In this document: positions 38,862 to 50,783 of the stretch, in pieces
Layout: each line of letters begins with the position of its first letter
How positions within the stretch are numbered: position 1 is the first letter of the stretch
NCBI GenBank assembly: GCA_951406725.2
Contig: OX597832.1
Coordinates: 52,514,001-52,578,000 of the forward strand
From: Octopus vulgaris
Taxonomy: Eukaryota
DNA: 64,000 nt
Direction of reading: 5' to 3'
The notes under the pieces: model-generated
The model's input: only the letters and a program-made list of their open reading frames with translations
What the model was told of the DNA's origin: nothing
Databases searched by the model: none
Program-made: the position numbers and the translations under genes

Positions 38862-38944
38862 TAGCTCTGATGAAGCTATAAAGTGTTACTCAGGCACTCG
38901 ACTATGAGTCCACTACATCTTGTAGCAGAAACAGCTGTAAGCTA
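38862..38944 (+). ncRNA. type I hammerhead motif overlapped by a 38-bp fold-back
   Basis: UAGCU-CUGAUGA-A-GCUAUAA...UUGUAGC-A-GAAAC-AGCU-GUA|AGCUA; palindromic ACAGCUGU helix III; element runs into (TA)n at about 39089. Confidence 0.8.
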
Positions 38945-39086
38945 AAGAAGTTAATAAGATAATCATTTATTCTTTTCTAATCTCATATTCTTATTACCGT
39001 TCTCTACTCCATTAATGCTTTGATCTGAAGCATTGTATATTGAGTTCTACACCAGCTTATTAATATCACAATTGCCAAGTGAAATA

Positions 39087-40320
<1,234 letters not shown>

Positions 40321-40341
40321 ATTAATTTGAAGAAAAGAGCA

Positions 40342-40770
40342 GTCAAGTTGATGTTATGATCATTTCCATAAATGAATATCGTTTATCCCACACCACAAAG
40401 TTATGCAATAAATGCATGCAAAATACACAACATATGTAGCAACGTTACTGCTCATTTATTTCCTCTGAGGAAGTAAATATTAAGTACTATTGCAGATGTC
40501 ATATGTATTGCATAACTTTATATGTGGTATTGAATAAACAACATTCATATATTACTCTTTTACTCTTTTACTTGTTTCAGTCATTTGACTGTGGCCATGC
40601 TGGAGCACCACCTTTAATTGAGCAAATCGACCCCAGGACTTATTCTTTGTAAGCCTAGTACTTATTCTATCGGTCTCTTTTGCCGAACCGCTAAGTGACG
40701 GGGACATAAACACACCAGCATCAGTTGTCAAGCAATGCTAGGAGGACAAACACAGACACACAAACATACA

Positions 40771-40810
<40 letters not shown>

Positions 40811-41013
40811 CGATGGGCTTCTTTCAGTTTCCGTCTACCAAATCCACTCACAGGGCTTTGGTCGGCCTGGGGCTATAGCAGAAGACACGCAGTGAGACTG
40901 AACCCGGAACCATGTGGTTGGTAAGCAAGCTACTTACCACACAGATACTCCTGCGCCTATGTAAACAAAGTAAACATGTAAAAATATGTAAACAATCATA
41001 ACATCAACTTGAC
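40342..41013. repeat. fold-back element interrupted by a SINE
   Basis: Nested inverted blocks gtcaagttgatgttatgat / atcataacatcaacttgac and aaagttatgcaata / tattgcataacttt; centre tttatttcctc-t-gaggaagtaaa. Confidence 0.65.
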
Positions 41014-42134
41014 TTCTCATTTCCACATTTAAATTAATTATATTTCACACTGTGTAGCTCATAGCATGCCTACAGATAACACCTTAGATTTGCAAGGTGC
41101 TCCATTTTATCATTCGTGGATGGTATAACTGGTATTCTATTTGGTACTGGAATATCATGCTGGCCAGGTTCCTACATGATGTGCTGATGAGGTGACAGAC
41201 TGGATCATGATTTTCCTTTTATTTTCAAATAGTGTCTCCATCTCTACATGACCAACACAATTAGCAGCCAAAATATAGGGCGGCGAGCTAGTAGAATCAT
41301 TAGCACGCCGGGTGAAATGCGTAGCCGTATTTCGTCTGCCGTTACGTTCTGAGTTCAAATTCCGCTGAGGTCGACTTTGCCTTTCATCCTTTCGGGGGGC
41401 GATAAATTAAGTACCAGTTACGCACTGGGGTCGATATAATCGACTTAATCTGTTTGTCTGTCCTTGTTTATCCTCTCTGTGTTTAGCCCCTTGTGGGTAG
41501 TAAATAAACAGGTATTTCGTCTGCCGTTATGTTCTGAGTTCAAATTCCGCTGCGGTTGACTTTACCTTTCATCCTTTCGGGGTCGATAAAATAAGTACCA
41601 GTTACACACTGATGTCGATGTAATCGACTTAATCCGTTTGTCTGTCCTTGTTTGTCTCCTCTGTGTTTAGCCCCTTGTGGGCAATAAAGAAATAAATTAG
41701 CAGCCAAAATACTTTCACTGTGTCTGAATTCCTTGGAAAGAACTTACAGGAATTTTAATTAATTAAACATGAATTAAAAATGTAATAAGTTGAACTGTAA
41801 TCGTGTGTGTATGTATTTATCTGTCCAGAAATCTAATCGTCCGTGTACATTAAATATTCAGACAAAAAATATTCGAAAGAAAACCAGGCTTCCTTTTCCA
41901 GCTGATAATTGGAAACAAGTAAGTCCAAGTACTGGAAATCAGAGCCTTTCGGTTATAATGTATTAAAGAACACTCTACATTCATGTGGCTGTGTGGTAAG
42001 AAGCTTGCTTCCAACCACATGGTTCTGGGTTCAGTCCCGCTGCATGGCACCTTGGGCAAGTGTCTTCTACAGCTTTGGGCCAACCAAAGCTTTGTGAGTT
42101 GATTTGGTAGAGAGAAACTGAAAGAAGCCAGTCG

Positions 42135-42167
<33 letters not shown>

Positions 42168-42462
42168 GTGTGTGTCTTTGTGTCTGTTTGTCCCCCATGC
42201 TGTTTGACAACCGATGACGGTGTGTTTACATCCCCATAACTTAGCAATTCAGCGAAGGAGACTGATGGAATAAATACCAAGCTTTAAAAAAGCATAAATT
42301 CAGGCGTTGATGAATTTGATTATAAATTCTTCAAGGTGATGCCCCAGCATGGCCTCAGTCTGACTAATGACTGGAACAAAGTAAAGATGTGTAGTGGGTC
42401 TTGTAATTTATCACTTCTGGTGAAAATATGTGTGTGTATGTTTATATATATATGCGTGTGTA

Positions 42463-42514
<52 letters not shown>

Positions 42515-42790
42515 GTGTGTGTGTGTGTATATACATATGTGTGTGAGTGTATATCAAAATCAAAATCGAAATCGATCAACATCAATGGAAATTGTAGCTG
42601 TGATACCAGTGCCGGTGGCACATAAAAAGCACCCACTACACTCACGGAGTGGTTGGCGTTAGGAAGGGCATCCAGCTGTAGAAACACTGCCAGATCAGAC
42701 TGGAGCCTGGTGCAGCCTTCTGGCTTCCCAGACCCCAGTCGAACCGTCCAACCCATGCTAGCATGAAAAGCAGACGTTAAACAATGATGA

Positions 42791-42842
<52 letters not shown>

Positions 42843-43606
42843 TGATCAGTATGTTCTGATACAGCATTCGATTTTTATGAATTCTTAAATTTCTCATGTT
42901 GCTTAAAACTTCAAGATTTTAATATCTCTCTTATAAATCCTTTAGATTAATTCTGATGAGAGAAACAGGGATGATTGTTATGTTTGGGATTAACTCGCCC
43001 ATACCAACCTATATCTTCCCGAAACGGCTGTCAGACTTTGCACCTGCTCAAGATTCCTTTTAAAACCATTTTATACCAACTTTCTCATCTATTTGCATTT
43101 TCTGCTGTACATTCACCATCCACATATTTTAACATCCTCATTGATTTTAATACGGACATACAACCTCACAAGTACATCTATGCATTTTTATATATTTATT
43201 TTTTTTTTACTTGTTTCAGTCATGTGACTGTGGCCATGCTGGAGCACCACCTTTAGTCGAGCAGATCGACCCCAGGACTTATTCTTTGTAAGCCTAGTAC
43301 TTATTCTATCGGTCTCTTTTGCCGAACTGCTAAGTTACGGGGACGTAAACACACCAGCATCGGTTGTCAAGCGATGTTGGAGGGGCAAGCACAGACACAC
43401 AAACATATACACACACACACACGCACACACACACACAGATATATATACAACGGGCTTCTTTCAGTTTCCGTCTACCAAATCCACTCACAGGGCTTTGGTC
43501 GGCCCAAGGCTATAGTAGAAGACACTTGCCCAAGGTGCCACGCAGTGGGACTGAACCCGGAACCATGTGGTTGGTAAACAAGCTATTTACCACACAGCCA
43601 CTCCTA
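40553..43606. mobile_element. three family A SINEs (40553-40960 on -, 41983-42390 on +, 43205-43606 on -)
   Basis: Same head, core and tail motifs. Confidence 0.9.
41276..41694 (+). mobile_element. family B SINE dimer
   Basis: A single 17-bp TSD aattagcagccaaaata encloses both units. Confidence 0.9.
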
Positions 43607-44160
43607 TTTATAAATTTTTATATTAAATCTTGTGTATATGAATGCACCTATCTTTGCTGTGGAGTATTCCACCACTTTGAAATATATTGAGTGAATATGA
43701 ACACTGACCTTTGAAATTTGTTCTCTCTTTCTTGGTTTTATATTCCTGATGCTCTATTAGAGTGCTAATTAGTTGTGCTGTGTAAGGGAATAATTATCCC
43801 ATTTATTTCTTCATTATATATAATGAAGATTTGGATTGCACCTAGAAAGTTACCCTCCCAGACACAAGTCCGGGCAAGGTTGTTTATGGAAGACCAGCAG
43901 TCACCCATGCATACCGGCCTCCCCTCCCCACGCCACCAGTGGTATCCAAGGGAATGGCAAAGGCCAATACAGCTCGGCACCTGTGACGTCGCAACTCATT
44001 TTTTCTACAGCTGAGTGAAGTGGAGCAATGTGAAATAAAGTGTCTTGCTCAAGAGCACAACATGCAGCCCTGTCCAGGATTCGAGCTCACAACCTCAAGA
44101 TCATAAGCTCGATGCTCTAACCACTGAGCTATGCACCTTCATATATATATATATATATAT

Positions 44161-44322
44161 ACATATGAGAGGGATGACCACTTTATGGACAACCCTTATG
44201 CTAGAAGTAGATCCGCTATTGGTCTTACCACTAAGAAATGTTCTCATGAAAAATGGTAAGACCATAGCGAATCTACTTCTAGCATAAGGGTTGTCCACAT
44301 AGTGGTCATGCCTCTCATGTGT
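44161..44322. repeat. about 70-bp inverted repeat with a 23-nt spacer, set in (TA)n
   Basis: 44161-44230 pairs with 44254-44322 with few mismatches. Confidence 0.85.
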
Positions 44323-45143
44323 ATATAATACAATTTTACTGAACCTTCAGATTTTTATATGCTAGACCACTGGTGTGAAATTGATGTTAATTAAAATCAA
44401 ATTTCTCACCCTCATTTTAAATGTAATATATATATATATATATATATATAATATAATAAGGGTGAAAATTAGATACTAATTTAATAGTATATCTATTCAA
44501 CACCAAGTGGCCTAATGCTACTACCTGGATTATTATAATATTTTATAACATATTATAATATATTTATTTTATATATATATATATATATATATACAAAATA
44601 AGAAAATGGAGAAATACACCTTAATCAATAATCAACTACCAGATAATACCCAATCACATAATTTTGGTTTAATAAATTGTGTGAATGGGTATTATCTGTA
44701 TTATTAATTCGTGGTAAAACATTTTACATTTGCCCATATAATACAATAAATTAATTAATTGCATCGCAATTCTTAACATTTATCTATTAACATTTATCTA
44801 TTAACTTGGTTGGGTGCTTTACTAGCAGTATATCGGATACATGTTATCCCATGGTGGGTTGCACTCACAGTCCCTATCTCAATTTATATATATATATAAT
44901 TTCTATTATAGACACAAGGCCTGAAGTTTTTTGAGGGAGGAGACTACTCGATTACATCAACCCCAGTTTTCAACTGGTACTTATTTTATCGACCCTGAAA
45001 GGGATGAAACGCATATATATATATATATATATATATATGCTCCTGAGTGTGACAAGTTCAAAAAGAAACTATGTCCAGCCACTCAGAATTAAGTACTCAA
45101 AGACAAGTCTGAGAGTGAATATATTATTTAATCTATAATCATT

Positions 45144-45189
45144 AATCCAACAAAATATATTCTGTTTCATCTGTGACTCTTCAGGAAAT
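45144..45189 (-). ncRNA. type I hammerhead motif with a long helix III (element about 45039-45232)
   Basis: AUUUC-CUGAAGA-GUC(ACA)GAU-GAAAC-AGAAUAUAUUUU-GUU|GGAUU; near-palindromic 16-nt helix III, weak helix I; flanked by (TA)n. Confidence 0.65.
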
Positions 45190-45867
45190 TCCCAATAACG
45201 GATTAAATATATATTGTGAATATTTCTATTCATATATACATACACATACATTTGTTATGCATATTTTAATATTTAGTTTAATGTTGAAGAGGAACATATG
45301 TTTTAACTAATTAATCCCTTTCATTAAAGTTTGCTGCAATTAAATTAATTCAAAAGGCTTAATATTTATCACATGTATATTTTCCGCAAGTACCAAAAGC
45401 TGTGTGTATAAGTGCATGTATGTATGTTTGTGTGTATATGTGTTTGTGTATATATGTATGTATTAGTGTATACTTGTGTGTCTGTGTATATATTTGTTAT
45501 ATGTGTGTTTGTGTACATGTCTTTGTGTGTGTATGTGTGTGTGCAACTTTTGTATTAAGACAGCCTGTGTGTGTGAGTAATTGTGAATCACTTGACATAC
45601 ATTTAATAAACAAACATAAATTCGGCATTGCTCACAGGTAAATCAACCTTGTGGTTAAAACTACAGGGTTGCCTCACTGTAGGATGAACCTGACTACGAC
45701 TTGACTACTTGGGACTGTCTGCTTTTGTTTGTTCTAGCAAACAACTTGCTGTTTATGGAAAATGCTATGAATAATGGACACCAATTTTTCTTAGCCAACT
45801 GTGTCTACATGTGCCTGAATGTGACTTTAAAATTCAACACACACACACACACACACACATACACACA

Positions 45868-45903
<36 letters not shown>

Positions 45904-46008
45904 TTCTCTCTATCTCTCTCTCTTTCTTTCTCTTTCTTTCTTTCTCTCTCTCTTTCTTTCTTTCTCTTTCTTTCTTTCTCTCTCTCTCTTTCTTTCTCTC
46001 TCTTTCTT

Positions 46009-46058
<50 letters not shown>

Positions 46059-46529
46059 TCTCTCTCTCTTCCTCAGTTCACTTATCAAATGCACACAGCC
46101 ATTGAATGTACAGATATACAAATGAGTAAACTCAGCTAATGTGGTATTTCCTATTTTTTAAGCTGAAACGTGCTTCCTTCCTCTCTCACAAACAAATGTG
46201 TAGACACTCATAATGCCGCAGTAATAACCAGTCAAAACTTCTTAACTTGTTGAGCATTTCTTGTCACCATCATCATTTAACATCCCATTTTCCATGCTGG
46301 TGGTATATAATAATAATAATAATAATAATAATTGTGTACAGTGCTCAGGTGCACTACAACTCATCTAAAGTGTATATATAATCAGGTGTAGTTTCGGCGG
46401 ATTTCGGAAAGCATGAGGGCCTTAAAGGATGCAGTGTCATGGCAGTCAACAACTGACGCAGGCAGTTTATTCATGTTAGGGGGTTTCACTGGAGCTGGTA
46501 AGGCTGTCTGTTTTGGCATGGTTTCTTAT

Positions 46530-47010
46530 CTCTTTCTTGCCCACAAGGGGCTAAACATAGAGGGGACAAACAAGGACAGATAAAGGGATTAAGTCGATTA
46601 CATTGATCCCAGTGCGTAACTGGTACTTAATTTATATATGAAGGCGGCAAGCTGGCAGAATTGTTAGTACGCCGGGCGAAAGGCGTAGCCGTATTCCGTC
46701 TGCCGTTACGTTCTGAGTTCAAATTCCACCAAGGTCGACTTTGCCTTTCATCCTTTCAGGGTCGATAAATTAAGTACCAGTCACGACTGGGGTCGATGTA
46801 ATCGACTTATTCCGTTTGTCTGTCCTTATTTGTCCCTTCTGTGTTTAGCCCCTTGTGGGTAGTAAAGAAATAGGTACTTAATTTATTCACCCCGAAAGCA
46901 TGAAAGGCAAAGTCGACCTCGGCGGAATTTGAACTCAGAACAAAGCAGCAGACGAAATACCACTAGGCATTTCGCCCGGCATGCTAACGTTTCTGCCAGC
47001 TCGCCGCCTT
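46530..47010. mobile_element. family B SINE (+, 46636-46872) nested in an antisense family B SINE
   Basis: 14-bp TSD ggtacttaatttat at 46622-46635 and 46873-46886. Confidence 0.9.
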
Positions 47011-47769
47011 TTTTGTTTTGGCTTGGTTTCTGCAGCTGGATACCCTTCCGTATGCCAATCACTTTACAGAGTATACTGGGTGCTTTTTAGGTGGCAGCAA
47101 CACTGACAGGGTCACCAAGTAACTTGCAAGATAAAACTCCTCAGCTTGGAAGGGTGAGTAGTATCGAGAGGGTATGGCTTTGTGCCAGTTGAGAAATTAA
47201 AAGTATAGAGTAGATAGATGGATACCCCAGTTGGGAGCGAAAGGAGAGCAAGTTAGTAAGATAAAGAGAGTGGATGAGTAAGGGAATAAAGTAAAGAGGT
47301 CACTTGTGAGAGAGATAATGGCACAGCTGTGTCAAGATATGTCTTCTAGAGACATTAGGGGTGGTGAGAATTAGTGAAGTTTGGACTGGGTGAGTGGGCA
47401 AGATACAGGTGACTGTAGCAAATGATTGAGTGAAATACAGGAGCGGCTTGGGGGTCAGGGTTGTGATAGATATGTGATTACATTGAGGTTGTAGCAGATA
47501 AGTGAGGTGTTAATGGTGGGGAATAACACAAGAGAGAGAAGGCATGGAAAGGTGGTGGTTGGTAGAGATAGTGGGAAATGGAAGGAGTTCGTGGTGGGGT
47601 GGGGTGGAAGGAAGGCAACTGACAAAGAAGGGGGACATAGTATATGCCTATTCTGCTCTCAGGTGATAGAGAAGTGTTTGGGGAAAAGGTTGGCAGGTCA
47701 GGGAGCCCCGTCATGGACTAGCATTATCCAGGTGGTTTTAGGATATCTATCCTGCCTTGGTGGACGAGT

Positions 47770-48005
47770 CTTCTGGAATGCAGCAAGGTGCCTTCGTCAT
47801 CCCCTTTGTAAGGCTCAACATCTTGAGGTCAGTCTTCAATACATTGTCCTATGTCTTCTTGGGTCTCCCTCTTCCACAAGTTCTGTCCCCTTCAAGTAAT
47901 TGGCACTTTTTCATGCACCTGTCCACATCGATATGCATCACATGACCAAACCAGTGCAATTTTCTCTCTTGCACACTGCATCTAATTCCTCGTATGCCTA
48001 ACTTT
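47770..48005 (-). mobile_element. RTE LINE C-terminal fragment
   Basis: Reverse strand encodes RKLHWFGHVMHI..GTCGRGRPKKT, homologous to the 30295 fragment. Confidence 0.7.
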
Positions 48006-48074
48006 TCACTCGGTACACTAGCATTTTACATTATTTACATTCGACGGATATTTGTCCTCATCTTGTTTGTTGTT

Positions 48075-48120
48075 AACACAACGTTTCAGCTGATATACCC
48101 TCCAGCCTTTATCAGGTGTC
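48075..48120 (-). ncRNA. hammerhead motif (G8A) downstream of a tRNA-like head
   Basis: GACAC-CUGAUAA-A-GGCUG(GAGGGUAUAU)CAGCU-GAAAC-GUU|GUGUU. Partial inverted copy at 48348-48418; B-box-like GAATTCGATTCC at 48244-48233. Confidence 0.7.
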
Positions 48121-48172
48121 TTGGGGAAATTTCGAACCTGGGTTCTCATTCCTAAGGTATTTTTTTATGTTG

Positions 48173-48209
<37 letters not shown>

Positions 48210-48266
48210 CATTATTATTGAGGTCACTGCCTGGAATCGAATTCGGAATCTTGAGGTTTGTAGTCG

Positions 48267-48305
<39 letters not shown>

Positions 48306-49531
48306 CCATATACCCTCCAGCCTCCATCTTACAATATAATTAGTTAATATATCAGCTGAAACGTTGTCTTAACAACAAACAAGATGAGGACAAATATCCG
48401 TCAAATGTAAATAATGTAGATAATGTACATAATTCCTCATCTCTTAAATATAGAACTTTATGAGAGCTATATTTGGTCAAGTTGGCCAAGTCTCACTTTT
48501 CCTTGTTTAATAAAATATAGTTTCAACAGGAATTTAACATAGAATTCCAATACATAAGATATGCCTAGACATTCAACCTAGCATTTAAAAGGTATTCAGT
48601 CATGCAGGTTACTAGTAGTTTTTTTACTTTTTTTACTAATTTTTCCTGGCATTTAAGGTGGCATGCCAGGGAAAATGCTTAGCAGTATTTTATCTGTCTT
48701 TATGTTCTGAGTTCAAATTCCGCCAAGGTCAACTTTGCTTTTCAACCTTTCAGGGTCGATAAAATAAGTACCAGTTGAACACTGGAGTCAATGTAACCGA
48801 CTTACTCTCTTCCCTGGAATTACTGGCCTTGTGTCAAAGTTTGAAATCAATAATTTCTACTGGCATCATATGTAGCCTTTATTTTTAGATGTTTGTACAT
48901 TTATCTAATATAATTATGCAAGGCTTTCTCCATCTTGAGCAGAAATAGTGCCTATTACGTTTGTTTCTTCTAAAATATATTGAATTTCTTCTGATGACCT
49001 GATGCTGTAATTCTCTGGAGTGTATTTTTTGACAGAGTTATTTATTTGGTATCTGTTGTACGTGTAATTGTATTTATTTGGGATGTTATGGGTGAGAGAG
49101 GCTTGTTTTATTGGGGTATTTTTACTGTACTCTGTGAGTATGTGTGTGTTGGGGAAATAAGGGGATCCTATCTGCGCGTCTATCTGTTATTAGTAAAGGG
49201 AGGCAATTCGTTCGTTGAAGGGAAACAATTCATCCCCTAATCACCAGCAAGGCTGAATTAAGGGCAAGGCAACTGCAAGTTTGTTGTTGTAAAGTTTAAT
49301 TGTTTTATAATTAAAGATGGAAACTATGCAGAAGCCTATAAGATTGCTTATACCTGCAATTCAAAGGTACGACCTTATCATGCACTGACTTGTTTTGATA
49401 ACTACATTAAAGTTACTGAAGTCTGTGGAATACTCAACCACTTACAAGCTGATTCAGTGAGTAGGTAACATAACTGATTAAACAACTGAATAGTCATCAT
49501 TGAAACTGATGGCAACCCATACGTATTTATA

Positions 49532-49962
49532 CTTATTTCTTTATTGCCCACTAGGGGCTAAACATAGAGGGGACAAACAAGGACAGATAAAGGGATTAAG
49601 TTGATTACCTCGATTAAGTTGATTACCTCAGTGCATAACTGGTACTTAATTTATTGACCATGAAAAGATGAAAGGCAAAGTCGACCTCTGCAGAATTTGA
49701 ACTCAGAACGTAAAGACAGACGAAATACCTATTTCTTTATTACCCACAAGGGGCTAAACACAGAGAGGACAAACAAGGACAGACATAGGTATTAAGTCGA
49801 TTACATCGACCCCAGTGCGTAACTGGTACTTATTTAATCGACCCTGAAAGGATGAAAGGCAAAGTTGACCTCGGCGGAATTTGAACTCAGAACATAACGG
49901 CAGACGAAATACAGTTATCCATTTCGCTCGGCGTGCTAACGTTTCTGCCAGCTCACCGCTTT
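49532..49962 (-). mobile_element. family B SINE dimer; older monomers at about 44900-45012, 48655-48850, 51818-52560 and 56985-57545
   Basis: Same unit junction as the other multimers. Confidence 0.85.
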
Positions 49963-50783
49963 AGGCTGACCAAGATACTGCCATGGGAATGTTACCAAAT
50001 GAGAAATGCCTAAGGACTCTATTCTCACAGCCCTGCCAGGAATAGTGAGCTGAGAGAGGATGGAGAGATTGGGTGGATGAAGATGTTATTTGTCTTTGAA
50101 TTCCAAAAGTTTTTTAATTGTTTAAGAGATTAGATGAAACTTGGAAGTTCAAGTCAACACAAATTTCTTAGTATCTGTGGGTTGCAAGAATATGTGTTGT
50201 AGAATGAAACAAGTTTGGAGAACTATTGCTGCTTTTGGAAATGAACCTTGTGTGAAAAGTAGTCTACTTAAAGAATGATGCAAGAAATGTAAAGTGGTTG
50301 GCAAGGAAACGTGGGCAAGGAATTCTAGCATGAGTTGAGGAATTAAATATGATGCATCAAATGTTAATTCCCAAGAAAGGTCAAATATAAGTGAGGTGTG
50401 AAAGTGTCTCGGTATCAAAAGTATTGGCAATAGAATACAGGAAATAGATTTGCTAGCTTAGTTATGTAAAGCAAATGAATAATAAATACTAGGTATGGGG
50501 TGAAAAGGTGCTGTGAGTGGATGGTAGAGGATCTTCATAATAGAGGAAGTGTAAGAAATGGTTTGGAAGAAGCGGGGCAGTATTGGACCTCATGTTATCA
50601 TCATCATCATCATCACCGTTGTTTTAACGTCCACTTTTGCATGCTTGCATGGGTCAGACGGAATCTGTTGAGGTAGATTTTCTACAGCCAGATGCCTTTC
50701 TTGTCACCCATCCATCACTTGTTGCCAAGATTGTGGTTTTTATTCCTGGACCAGGTGATGCATAGTGTTCTTGAGCAAAACAA

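Noticed and set aside
42953-42970. CTGATGA-GA-GAAAC
   Set aside because: No helix II, helix III or helix I partner.
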